Source: an uncultured virus (IMG/VR IMGVR_UViG_3300027808_000022)
Taxonomy: Duplodnaviria > Heunggongvirae > Uroviricota > Caudoviricetes
IMG/VR virus record: IMGVR_UViG_3300027808_000022
Length of the DNA stretch: 20,000 bases
Strand: one strand, 5' to 3'
Every line of letters starts with the position of its first letter. The first letter of the stretch is position 1. A program made the position numbers and the translations under genes. The notes beneath the pieces are model-generated. The model had not been told where the DNA came from. It saw only the letters and a list, made by a program, of their open reading frames with translations, and did no database searches. Below, piece after piece: positions 6,583 through 15,651 of the stretch.

Positions 6583-7260
6583 ATGGATTACGGAAACGAT
6601 TTCAAAAACTACTTTACCAAACACTTAGGTAAAAGTTCACTCAATCTTCATCATTATGATAGACAGATTGAAAATTCAATGACTCCTTACATTTTGGAGG
6701 AAAGGGAAATGAGGGTAACTCAAATGGATATTTTTTCTCGTTTAATGAGAGAAAGACTATTATGGGTTGCTGGACCTGTAAATGACAACATGTCAACCAT
6801 TGTACAAGCTCAGTTAATGTACTTGGACTCGGTTGAGAGTACTGACATCACAATGCACATTGATAGTCCTGGTGGGTCAGTAAAATCAGGTTTGTCTATG
6901 GTTGATGTTATGGATTACATTCGTTGTGATATTCGTACAGTAAACACAGGTATGGCAGCATCAATGGGTTCAGTTCTGTTAGGCGCTGGTACAAAAGGTA
7001 AACGTTCTTCATTACGTTTTTCTCGTACAATGTTACACCAATCATCAGGTGGTTATGAAGGTAACATTCAAGACGCAGAAATTTCAATGAAAGAATGGAA
7101 AAAAATTAACGATGTTCTTTTTGATTTGTTGGGTGGGTATTGCGGTAAAACAACAAAACAAGTTATGAAGGACGCATCTCGTGATTTATGGTTAGATGCT
7201 AAAGAAGCGTTAGAGTACGGAATTATTGATGAAATTGTTGTTAAAAAAGAAAAAAAATAA
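6583..7260 (+). CDS. clpP: ATP-dependent Clp protease proteolytic subunit
   Basis: MDIFSRLMRER, IDSPGGSV, GMAASMGS (catalytic Ser), MLHQ (catalytic His), RDLWLDAKEALEYGIID. Confidence 0.97.
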   Translation: MDYGNDFKNYFTKHLGKSSLNLHHYDRQIENSMTPYILEEREMRVTQMDIFSRLMRERLLWVAGPVNDNMSTIVQAQLMYLDSVESTDITMHIDSPGGSVKSGLSMVDVMDYIRCDIRTVNTGMAASMGSVLLGAGTKGKRSSLRFSRTMLHQSSGGYEGNIQDAEISMKEWKKINDVLFDLLGGYCGKTTKQVMKDASRDLWLDAKEALEYGIIDEIVVKKEKK

Positions 7261-7265
7261 CCAAT

Positions 7266-7294
7266 AAAAAAAGGGTTCCTCACGGAACCCTTTT
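7266..7294. terminator. Bidirectional intrinsic terminator between convergent genes
   Basis: AAAAGGGTTCC-TCAC-GGAACCCTTTT with A-run before and T-run after. Confidence 0.85.
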
Positions 7295-7358
7295 GGTTTT
7301 AAAATCACCCCCTTTATTTTAGTTGATTTATATTAACAGGTTCTAACCTGATAATTTC

Positions 7359-8831
7359 TTAAGCCATGACTTTAGTTTTTAATTCGTCATATTTGTCCGA
7401 AATTTTACTACTAACTTTGGACATTTTGGGACATAAAAAGTCTGCTATTTTATCTTCTAATTTTTGAATCATTGAATCACTACCTTCTGCGTAATAATCC
7501 ACTACTGAGTTTCTAAGTGCTGTTACAATAAATCCACTTGCACCTTTGTCTAAATTTGATTTTTCTTGTAATTCTTTTAGGTAACCCTTAATTAATGCAT
7601 CTGCTAAAGCGTTTGTTGTAAATCTACAATCCGTTAATACTCTATCATAATCACTAACATTGATACTTGCAATAAATGTACTGATAACTTTAGCCATATA
7701 AGAACCTGAAGGGATGTTTAACACCTTCATCAACCAATCAACTAAGTATTCACCCATTGCTGATGGTAAAGCTGTTGCAGTACCACCAAATATTGATGAT
7801 AGTGTTGCAAATAAACCCGCAGCTTCTTGAATAACTTTTGAATCGTATCCTTGAGTTCTTAAATAAGATACTTCAGCAATATAGTCTTCCATAAATAATT
7901 CCAAATCTTTATCAGTTTCAAATTTTCTGTTTTCAACTAAAAAATTAAATCTGTTTGTAATTATTTTACTTTCAACCATTAAATCTTCTTTTTTTGATTT
8001 AACTTCTAATAAATTTTTCTTTAATATATTTTTCACGTCTAAATGTTCACCTAATCTTTTACGGGCAGCAAAATTAATTGCAAATCTTTGTCTTGCTCCA
8101 CCATAAGAACTAATTTGTTTAATGTCTTCAGGTACAGATGATAATAAACCCCAATTATCAATTTGGTCATTACAATTCATAATTTGATTTGCGTAACTAT
8201 CTAATAATTGTTTGTCAATTTTCATGTTTTTGTCTGCAGCATCCATGTATAAATCAATTAATGTTTTACAAGCCTTTTTATTAACAATTTGACTAGTAGT
8301 AATTTTGTTAAGAGCATCTTCGGTTGTTTGTTGATTACCTGTTTGTTTTTGACGATACATTTCTTTTCCAATTAAAGTAAATGATTCAGAATCAATCTCA
8401 GATAATTTCTCATACAATGGTAACATTGATGTTAATGGTTCTTGTAAACTCCAACCCTGTTCAACTAAACGTTGTATTTCACCTTGATTTTTAAGTTCTG
8501 TTTTTTGTGTTTGAGTTTGTGTTGAAATTTCACTTTGTTTTTGTTCAGGTGATTTAAAATTTGCAATTGCTTCATCACATGTAAATGTTTCGGGAATTAA
8601 TTTTACTTTATTATCTTGACCTACCAAACCAATTTTACCATCATGAAAAAAATATAAAGTATTTCCTTTTGCAGTTTTTGTATAAATCGCTTCGGGGTAT
8701 TTTGATAAACCGGTATTTTCAATTAGTTTACCATTTGGGATACAACCAAATTTTACATATTCAATTAGTTTTTGTTTGTTTGTTGGCGGTTGTGGACCTG
8801 AAGCTAATTGTTCTTTTATATTTTTTTTCAT
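7359..8831 (-). CDS. Large hypothetical protein, possibly virion-associated
   Basis: Start MKKNIKEQ at 8831; N-terminal domain resembles the upstream 115 aa ORF; helical C-terminal region with a hydrophobic segment. Confidence 0.8.
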   Translation of the reverse strand: MKKNIKEQLASGPQPPTNKQKLIEYVKFGCIPNGKLIENTGLSKYPEAIYTKTAKGNTLYFFHDGKIGLVGQDNKVKLIPETFTCDEAIANFKSPEQKQSEISTQTQTQKTELKNQGEIQRLVEQGWSLQEPLTSMLPLYEKLSEIDSESFTLIGKEMYRQKQTGNQQTTEDALNKITTSQIVNKKACKTLIDLYMDAADKNMKIDKQLLDSYANQIMNCNDQIDNWGLLSSVPEDIKQISSYGGARQRFAINFAARKRLGEHLDVKNILKKNLLEVKSKKEDLMVESKIITNRFNFLVENRKFETDKDLELFMEDYIAEVSYLRTQGYDSKVIQEAAGLFATLSSIFGGTATALPSAMGEYLVDWLMKVLNIPSGSYMAKVISTFIASINVSDYDRVLTDCRFTTNALADALIKGYLKELQEKSNLDKGASGFIVTALRNSVVDYYAEGSDSMIQKLEDKIADFLCPKMSKVSSKISDKYDELKTKVMA

Positions 8832-8835
8832 AGTA

Positions 8836-9183
8836 TTAATATTTTGATAAGATATTTGATGGTGACATTGGTACTGAAGATGCTGTACCAATTTCATTAG
8901 GGTCTTTTGTTAATTCATCGCAAGTCCAAGCACCTTTCGCCATTGGTTTTGAATTTGTGGCAGGTGCCACCCATGTCATATCGGCATAATAATATATAGT
9001 TCTATCATTTTTATTAATAAATTTGAAACCAACACGACCTTCAGATGTGTTCCATAACTTTGATGATGGTTGTTTTGATGAAATTACCTCAGCATTTTTT
9101 ACAGGTAAACAACCCAATGTTATTGCTTTTTCTAACTTTGGGATATCAGGATTAGACTGTTCTTTTAATATTTGTTTTTCCAT
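8836..9183 (-). CDS. Hypothetical protein, paralog of the N-terminal domain of 7359-8831
   Basis: Shared KL..GC[LI]P, T[IL]Y[YF][YF].D and [WF]TCDE motifs. Confidence 0.8.
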   Translation of the reverse strand: MEKQILKEQSNPDIPKLEKAITLGCLPVKNAEVISSKQPSSKLWNTSEGRVGFKFINKNDRTIYYYADMTWVAPATNSKPMAKGAWTCDELTKDPNEIGTASSVPMSPSNILSKY

Positions 9184-9185
9184 TA

Positions 9186-10151
9186 TTATAATTCATTAAT
9201 ATCATCAGTTGAAGAATCCGCAACGGGACTTTCTTTTTGACATATTTTATCAATATCAGCATCGGTTACACCATTCTCATAACCATTGGCCTTTAATGCC
9301 GCTTGTGTTAACTTACCGAAATAAATATCATTTCTTCCTGTGTATGAAGTACCTAAACAATTTTGCAATTCTTTAATTCTTGTTGATTTACAACCCTCAA
9401 CATATTTTCCAGTACAAAGTTTGTATGACATTGTGTTGGTAGCTGATGAACTACCACCTTTTTTACCATCTTTAGCCTCAACACCAGCCTTTTCTTGTTC
9501 TTGGGGTGTTAACATTATTTCAGTGTCTTCAATCATACCTGCAATAGGTCTTGTAAACATTTTCCATTCATCAGGACTATCAGTTAAATTGTCTAAAAAT
9601 AGATATAACCCGCCAGCTATTTTCTTGTCTACAGCACATAAATCAGCAATAGTTGGTATTTTTTGTAATTCGGCAGCAATAGTATCTTCATCATCATCCC
9701 AAGTATCTTTAGAATCTTCAATTGCATATGCAATACTTCTAATATCCGATTTTGATAGTTGAGGAACTAACTTTGAAGCTCCTGCGGCACTACATGCACT
9801 CATAATTTTTTTAAAACCATCCGCTCCATTATCATAATTTGCGCTCCAATTAAGTAACACACCAAGACCTAATCCCGCAACAGCACCAACTGCAGTACCA
9901 ACAACAGGAAAAACACTACCAAGGGTTGCACCTGCGGCCGTAGCCGCAGCTATTCCACCACCAGCAGCAGTTGCCCCAAGAATAGCCCCACCTGCACCAC
10001 CAACCAATGTTGTTGGGTCCGATAAATCACCCGCAGTTTGTTCAAAAATTGTTTGTTTATTCTCAGTTAGAGTTTTTTTACTATCATATTTCATTAGTAA
10101 TAACGCTCTTTCTAACGCTTCTTTACCTTCTGATATAATTTGTTGTTTCAT
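9186..10151 (-). CDS. Glycine-zipper protein with C-terminal peptidoglycan-binding-like domain
   Basis: Long Gly/Ala hydrophobic stretch (GGAGGAILGA..PVVGTAVGAVAGLGLG) and GCKSTRIKELQNCLG..DIYFGKLTQAALK. Confidence 0.65.
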   Translation of the reverse strand: MKQQIISEGKEALERALLLMKYDSKKTLTENKQTIFEQTAGDLSDPTTLVGGAGGAILGATAAGGGIAAATAAGATLGSVFPVVGTAVGAVAGLGLGVLLNWSANYDNGADGFKKIMSACSAAGASKLVPQLSKSDIRSIAYAIEDSKDTWDDDEDTIAAELQKIPTIADLCAVDKKIAGGLYLFLDNLTDSPDEWKMFTRPIAGMIEDTEIMLTPQEQEKAGVEAKDGKKGGSSSATNTMSYKLCTGKYVEGCKSTRIKELQNCLGTSYTGRNDIYFGKLTQAALKANGYENGVTDADIDKICQKESPVADSSTDDINEL

Positions 10152-10176
10152 ATTATTTTATGTATAAATATCTTTC

Positions 10177-10416
10177 TTATAGTAAAGTATTCGCTTTACC
10201 TCTTGTTATTGTATAAGAATCTTTCCATTTTGTATTACCAAGTGGATTGGCAGAACCTCTTTTAATTCCCGTTTCCCATTTGGTAACTGCAGGATAACCT
10301 CCTCCACCACTAGTTGATGTAGATTCACCTTCTTGTTCACCCATTTCATTTTTACTTTGAGCTAGTTCGTTAAAGATGTCTGTTAATGTATCTATATCAA
10401 GTGTCTTGACTGCCAT
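10177..10416 (-). CDS. Small hypothetical protein with duplicated KW..RG.AN.L motif
   Basis: KWETGIKRGSANPL and KWKDSYTITRGKANTL; TATTTAT motif upstream. Confidence 0.8.
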   Translation of the reverse strand: MAVKTLDIDTLTDIFNELAQSKNEMGEQEGESTSTSGGGGYPAVTKWETGIKRGSANPLGNTKWKDSYTITRGKANTLL

Positions 10417-10431
10417 GTATATAAATATCAG

Positions 10432-10740
10432 TTAAAACATTTCTGATGGTGGTACGTGGTCATTTATTAAGAAAAACTCATTCATAAATGATATTAATTC
10501 ATCTTCATCTATTTCTAACGAATCATCATCATCAATTTCTACCTCACCATCTTCCCATTCGTCATCATCAAAATCAAATAAATCAAAATTTTCCGTGATA
10601 ACATTATAACCGTAATCTTCAATTTCTTGTAAGTCAAATTCCGTAATTCTAATAACTTCATCAGTATCAGTGCTCATTCTAAATCTAACTTCTAATAAAG
10701 GTTCTTTAATAACCGTTTCTACAATTTCTCTAACTTCCAT
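10432..10740 (-). CDS. Highly acidic hypothetical protein
   Basis: Start MEVREIVE at 10740; D/E-rich. Confidence 0.75.
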   Translation of the reverse strand: MEVREIVETVIKEPLLEVRFRMSTDTDEVIRITEFDLQEIEDYGYNVITENFDLFDFDDDEWEDGEVEIDDDDSLEIDEDELISFMNEFFLINDHVPPSEMF

Positions 10741-10815
10741 TTGTTTATGGATAAAAAGTTTATTTAATAACAAATATCATATTATGTTGTAAAAGGATAT
10801 AGTTCTTTAATAAAT

Positions 10816-10848
10816 AAAAAAAAATCCCCCATTATTATTGGAGGATTT
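10816..10848 (-). terminator. Intrinsic terminator
   Basis: Minus strand ATCCTCCA-ATAATAA-TGGGGGAT followed by a T-run, just after the stop at 10871. Confidence 0.75.
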
Positions 10849-10870
10849 AATTATTAACTAATTTAATTAA

Positions 10871-11671
10871 TTATAAAAATTTACTCATTCTTTGGAACAT
10901 TTCCAAAGTAAGTTTTCTTTCTTTAGTAAAAGATTCTTGTAAATCTTTATCTACTTCTTCTTCAACATTAAACTCACTATCATCATCACCTTCTTCTGGA
11001 CCATCAGATGTAAAAGTATAAGGTGATTTAATCATTGATAAATCCATATCATTTTCGGTGTCTTGACCTAAACCTTCATCACCTTCTCTATCAACATCAC
11101 CAGCATCGTGTTGGAACGTGTCTGATGGTCCACCACCAAAGGCCATACCATCTGATAAATTACCAAACATGTCACTCAAATCATCACTTGGGTCATATCT
11201 TTCAACATCTTCCATTGAGTTATAATCATGGTGTGGGTGTTCTGAATCATAATCATCTAATGTTCCGTAAACATCTTCAGGACCGTGAGATTGGAATTCG
11301 TATGCTGGTTCTACATCTGAAGCAACTTCACCATCTTCAAAATCTTCTTCTAATGATTTGTTACTTGAACATTGTTCACACATTTCTTCTTCCATTTTTC
11401 CACCACATTGTTCACACATTTCTTTATCAGTTTCAACGTATGATTTTCTTTTTTTAGATTCATTTATTCCCATATTGGTATAGGCTTTAACTTCACCTTT
11501 GTTATTAACAACCAAACCTTCTTTGTCATTTGCAAAGTCTTGGGTATATAATGGTTGTTCATTTGCCACTGGACTTGGGTTTAACGTTCTATAACCGTTA
11601 TAAACGTGTCTATGTTTGCTGAGGATGTTTTCTTTTTCCTCAGGTGTTACTCCTACAAAAAATGCATTCAT
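10871..11671 (-). CDS. Acidic low-complexity protein with two CEQC motifs
   Basis: Start MNAFFVG at 11671 (TATTTAT at 11684-11690); MCEQCGGKMEEEMCEQC. Confidence 0.8.
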   Translation of the reverse strand: MNAFFVGVTPEEKENILSKHRHVYNGYRTLNPSPVANEQPLYTQDFANDKEGLVVNNKGEVKAYTNMGINESKKRKSYVETDKEMCEQCGGKMEEEMCEQCSSNKSLEEDFEDGEVASDVEPAYEFQSHGPEDVYGTLDDYDSEHPHHDYNSMEDVERYDPSDDLSDMFGNLSDGMAFGGGPSDTFQHDAGDVDREGDEGLGQDTENDMDLSMIKSPYTFTSDGPEEGDDDSEFNVEEEVDKDLQESFTKERKLTLEMFQRMSKFL

Positions 11672-11741
11672 ATCTTTTTCTATATAAATAGTTGTGGGAA
11701 TGAAAAAAAGTTGTATCTTTGTATAACAAATAACCACCACC

Positions 11742-12485
11742 ATGACAACAGAACAAAAAGTCCGCAACTATCAAGGTAACAACCAATTCTTGAACAGCCT
11801 TAAAGAGTCTTTGACTCGCTACCCATCTTTGACTCAACGTCAGTGCGAAATTGCTGACAGAGCTTTAAAAAGTATTGAGCGTAATGGTGAGTTGGTAATT
11901 TCAAATCTTTCTGAGGATTTGCAGTTGATTATGAACTACACAGGTTCTAATGAGTTCATCTTGAAGATGAAAGACAGTTACGCTAAATGGAGGGACTTGT
12001 CTGAGCGTCAAATTTCTGCGGCGGTTAAATCTATCAAAAAAGAAAAGACCCCAACTATGGAAATTCGTGTTGATTTGAAGAACGAATCTATCCGTATCAA
12101 ACGTGGTATCGCTTTGAAAATCAAAGAAGAGTATGGTTTGGAATTCATGCCAATCTTGGTTGACTTGGTTGGAACAACTCACATCAGTGCCAAGGCAGTA
12201 AGAGTTCGTGCCAAATTGACTAAAGAAAATGGTGATGTGTGTCGTTGTTGTGGAGCTGAGTTGACTGATGAGTTCTCAATCTTGACTGGTATGGGTCCAG
12301 TATGTGCTAAGAATTTGAGAGTAAAATACATCAAAGATAAAGTTGAGGTGGCTCGTTTCCACGAAGAATTGGCACTTCGTGTTGAAGAAATCGGTGAGTT
12401 TGAGTTATGGTTACCAAAATCTCAAATTAAAGAATACGTTCAAGGTGGTCGTTTCAAATTCTTGGCCGAAAAATTCTACAACTAA
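11742..12485 (+). CDS. Protein with N-terminal duplicated helical motif and DUF6011-like zinc finger
   Basis: CRCCGAELTDEFSILTGMGPVCAK; TATCTTTG box at 11714-11721. Confidence 0.75.
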   Translation: MTTEQKVRNYQGNNQFLNSLKESLTRYPSLTQRQCEIADRALKSIERNGELVISNLSEDLQLIMNYTGSNEFILKMKDSYAKWRDLSERQISAAVKSIKKEKTPTMEIRVDLKNESIRIKRGIALKIKEEYGLEFMPILVDLVGTTHISAKAVRVRAKLTKENGDVCRCCGAELTDEFSILTGMGPVCAKNLRVKYIKDKVEVARFHEELALRVEEIGEFELWLPKSQIKEYVQGGRFKFLAEKFYN

Positions 12486-12520
12486 TTGACTATGTAGAAT
12501 AAATAAGTTAAGTTTTCAAT

Positions 12521-12607
12521 AAGGGTTTCCCACACAGATAATTTAGAGTAGTCGTAGTATCTTGGTAATTTATTCTGAAAGCCCTGAACTCTGTGTGGAA
12601 CCTTTTT
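12521..12607 (+). ncRNA. Candidate structured RNA / long interrupted hairpin
   Basis: CCACACAGA(12530-12538)/TCTGTGTGG(12590-12598) and TTTAGAGTAG(12542-12551)/TTATTCTGAA(12570-12579), ending in a T-run. Confidence 0.4.
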
Positions 12608-12623
12608 ATTTGAACTTAACTAA

Positions 12624-12923
12624 ATGGAAACAAGAGAAATATTAGAGATTGACGAATATTGTGAAGGTTCAGTTCTTTTAAATGGGTATGAAAATGCCAT
12701 TATCGGTGTTGTTGACTCATTTGAAGGTCGTAGAATATTGTACTCAAAACAACAAATAATTGATAGTTTGTGTAAGGACGAAATGACTTGGTTAGAAGCC
12801 GAAGAATATTTTGACTACAATATCAAAGGTGGGCATTTTGGTGAGTTGTCACCTGTTTTTTTGGAAACTACGGTAATACCAATTAAAACACACGGGGAAT
12901 ACAGATACGAAATTATTTCTTAA
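12624..12923 (+). CDS. Phage-type hypothetical protein
   Basis: GYENAIIG..ILYS..EAEEYFDYNIKGGHFGELSPVF pattern recalled from phage hypothetical proteins. Confidence 0.8.
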   Translation: METREILEIDEYCEGSVLLNGYENAIIGVVDSFEGRRILYSKQQIIDSLCKDEMTWLEAEEYFDYNIKGGHFGELSPVFLETTVIPIKTHGEYRYEIIS

Positions 12924-13539
12924 AGTAAGTTGAGTATAAACTTGTGTACATTTCCATAACCGCTCTACAAACTTTTTGGAAAACACTATTGATTGTAGTA
13001 TCGTTAAACTCCATATTTTTTTCTTCCATAATTCTAATTGTTTCAGAAACTAAAATTTGTCTTACATCATCAACATTTTCAAATAATTCAGGATAATCAT
13101 CGGGTTCACCATCAAACTTATAAATCAATTTATGTAAATTGTGTGAGTCTGTCATTAAAAATGGCATTGCCTGAATCATATTAACCAATCCTGATTTTTG
13201 CACAAGTTTTAGATAATCAAGAACTGGTCTATAATCCATATTCTTGATAATGTCTTTATGTTTTGATAACGTTTTTAATTCATTACCAAATTCTTCAGTT
13301 GTTAAATTTTTCTTTGATTTAACATCTGTTGCTAACACCCAACTATCTGTATCAGGTAATAAATCTAATGTAGAACCATCATCCCATTTAACATTATATT
13401 GGTATCCCATATCAAACGGAACTCTAACAATTTTAAGTACGGTACCTTTTGTACCCATACGAACAGCACTATATGGGTCATCCATATGAAGTAAAACTAT
13501 TCTATCACCAGGCTCTAATTTTGGATTTAATTGCGACAT
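12913..13539 (-). CDS. DUF4314-like N-terminal domain fused to a DUF5049-like domain
   Basis: GDRIVLLHMDDPY..GTKGTV..VKWDDGSTLDLLPDTD; VQKSGLVNM. Confidence 0.65.
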   Translation of the reverse strand: MSQLNPKLEPGDRIVLLHMDDPYSAVRMGTKGTVLKIVRVPFDMGYQYNVKWDDGSTLDLLPDTDSWVLATDVKSKKNLTTEEFGNELKTLSKHKDIIKNMDYRPVLDYLKLVQKSGLVNMIQAMPFLMTDSHNLHKLIYKFDGEPDDYPELFENVDDVRQILVSETIRIMEEKNMEFNDTTINSVFQKVCRAVMEMYTSLYSTYFKK

Positions 13540-13575
13540 ATTATACAGAATAAATATATCAAAGTATTTATTAGT

Positions 13576-14190
13576 ATGGATGTTTTAATTACAGAAAGTC
13601 AAAGAACATTAATTTTGACCGAAAGTTTAAATGATACTTTAAAAACTATACATGAACATGGTATAGATTTTTCAGCTAGTTTATATAAAAGAGTTAAAAA
13701 AAGATTAGGTTTTAATTTTAAAATATTATTAACCTTTGGTGCCGCTGTTGGTGGATTGGTAGAACCTTTGGAAAAATTTTTACAAGGAAAATATCCTGAA
13801 ATGACAGAACAACAAACGCTTGTGGTGATTGTGGCTACTGTTTGTGTCTTGTTTAATGAAGGAAAAAACATTTTAAAGGAACTTTTACCTAAAATTAAAG
13901 AAGAGGGTTTAGAAGACATATTTAGAACTTCTATTGTTAAATCAAGAAAACTTGTAACAGCCTTTAAAGGATTTTTAGCTACCTTAGGAAACTCCGCTGC
14001 GTTTTTAACCGATGTTATTGGTTATATTTACATGATACCGTTAATTGGGTATCTAACCATGGCAATTCAAGGACATGATATGTCATCAGATGATGTTTCA
14101 AGATTGGTAGAAAGAATTGCGGCAATTGGCGTATTTCACATAGCATCTTCAGTTCTTGAAGAAATTGTGAATAGAATTATTAAAAAATAA
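13576..14190 (+). CDS. Hypothetical protein with several hydrophobic helices
   Basis: Start MDVLITESQ at 13576 (TATTTAT at 13565-13571). Confidence 0.8.
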   Translation: MDVLITESQRTLILTESLNDTLKTIHEHGIDFSASLYKRVKKRLGFNFKILLTFGAAVGGLVEPLEKFLQGKYPEMTEQQTLVVIVATVCVLFNEGKNILKELLPKIKEEGLEDIFRTSIVKSRKLVTAFKGFLATLGNSAAFLTDVIGYIYMIPLIGYLTMAIQGHDMSSDDVSRLVERIAAIGVFHIASSVLEEIVNRIIKK

Positions 14191-15162
14191 TTATTTAATA
14201 TATTCGTCCATTAGACGAGCAACAATTTTATCAATTGTTGATTGTTTTAAATTATACACTTCTTTTCTTCTATTGAAAAATTCCCTCATTACATCTTCAA
14301 TATTTCTACCTTGTATTTTGGCTTTTCTTTTGAATCCCGCAACCTGAGCTTCAATTTCATGTTGTTGTGTATAATACCTTAAAGGTTGTTTGTATTCCTT
14401 ATCAGGAAATTCATATCCCGAATATTCTTGTTTTCTGTGTTCCAATTCATGTCTTATGTCATCATTTAGTTCACCAATCAATTCATAAAAAATTTCATTA
14501 CCAGCCTTTTCATCAATATCAACCTCAACTTCAATTTTATCTTCACCTTCAACCCAAAAAGCCTGAACATCAAATGGTTTTAATAATTCATGTCTATGTT
14601 TTTTTGGTGTTGGATTCATTTTCAATACCAATTCAAAAGGTGGGTGTTGACCAAGATTGTACTCAGGAAATGTGATTTCTCTTTTACCTCTTAAATTCTT
14701 TTTTATTTCAAAAACCATATCTCTTACAACATCACGAACAGTTTTTCTATACCCTGAATCTTCAGTAATTGTTTCTTCTTCACCAACAAGTACAGGTTTT
14801 ATAGATGTCACAATAACATCCAATTCAGATACTAATTTTAAGGCTTTTGTTATTTTATCTGCAGTACCATTTTTAATTGGGTAAAAACGTAATAGATTTT
14901 CACTATCCCCCCAAATTTCTTTGTATTCACCAGAAACAAGTTTACCAAGTATAGTTTTTGGGTCAACATGTAAAGTAACCTCAACAAGGGCGTGGTCTTT
15001 CCACTCACCCACAGAAATCATCGGTTTGATTTTGTCAATTTGAAAAGTAAAATCGTAACAATCTTGGTCGGCATTCTCATCATACCTCAAAAAATTACCA
15101 CACCAAGTTAATTTTTTGGTTTTGAAAATCTTATTAATCTGTTCTATGGTTGAATTGTCCAT
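14191..15162 (-). CDS. Two-domain protein with C-terminal zincin-like HExxH domain
   Basis: IRHELEHRKQ..YY..HEIEAQVAG. Confidence 0.7.
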   Translation of the reverse strand: MDNSTIEQINKIFKTKKLTWCGNFLRYDENADQDCYDFTFQIDKIKPMISVGEWKDHALVEVTLHVDPKTILGKLVSGEYKEIWGDSENLLRFYPIKNGTADKITKALKLVSELDVIVTSIKPVLVGEEETITEDSGYRKTVRDVVRDMVFEIKKNLRGKREITFPEYNLGQHPPFELVLKMNPTPKKHRHELLKPFDVQAFWVEGEDKIEVEVDIDEKAGNEIFYELIGELNDDIRHELEHRKQEYSGYEFPDKEYKQPLRYYTQQHEIEAQVAGFKRKAKIQGRNIEDVMREFFNRRKEVYNLKQSTIDKIVARLMDEYIK

Positions 15163-15174
15163 TGAATATAAATA

Positions 15175-15651
15175 TCATAACCTAAAGTTATTTCTGTATT
15201 GGATTGGGAATGATATACCGAAACCAAAACGAGTTGTGGTTGATTTGTAGAATGATAATACAATATCAAACGAATACGGGTCTTGACTAATCAAACGAAT
15301 TGGGTGTAACGATACACCAAATTCAGGACGCAAATCAAAATTATTTATACCTTTTGGTGTTATTTTAATACCACCACTTAATCTAATTCCATCTTTCATA
15401 TACCCCTTAGAAATACCCAACCGATTGATTGCGTTGAATGGTGTGTAAAAAATACTACCACTGAATAAACCACCATACTTAACACCCAAGTAAATTCCAA
15501 AGTCTTTTTTATCCAACCCGTTAAACCCAGTGATTAAAGATGTGTCACCCTGAACCAAGATAAAATCACACGTCCTACCATTATTGTAGTTCGTCTGTGC
15601 CTTGGCAGATATTGTCATCAAAATAAAAATTAAAATTATTAAGCGTTTCAT
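15175..15651 (-). CDS. Secreted protein, possibly outer-membrane beta-barrel
   Basis: Signal peptide MKRLIILIFILMTISAKA|Q; alternating Gly/aromatic beta-strands such as FGIYLGVKY, RPEFGVSLH, RFGFGISF; TATCTTTG at 15656-15663. Confidence 0.65.
   Translation of the reverse strand: MKRLIILIFILMTISAKAQTNYNNGRTCDFILVQGDTSLITGFNGLDKKDFGIYLGVKYGGLFSGSIFYTPFNAINRLGISKGYMKDGIRLSGGIKITPKGINNFDLRPEFGVSLHPIRLISQDPYSFDIVLSFYKSTTTRFGFGISFPIQYRNNFRL

Noticed and set aside
6439..6624. 61 aa minus-strand ORF
   Set aside because: Antisense to tRNA-Leu
10163..10170. TATAAATA as a canonical T4 late promoter on the plus strand (also 10420, 11683, 15167, 18814)
   Set aside because: The adjacent gene starts are on the minus strand, so the functional reading is TATTTATA
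10801..10810. boxA-like AGTTCTTTAA
   Set aside because: On the non-transcribed strand of a minus-strand gene run; likely chance in AT-rich DNA
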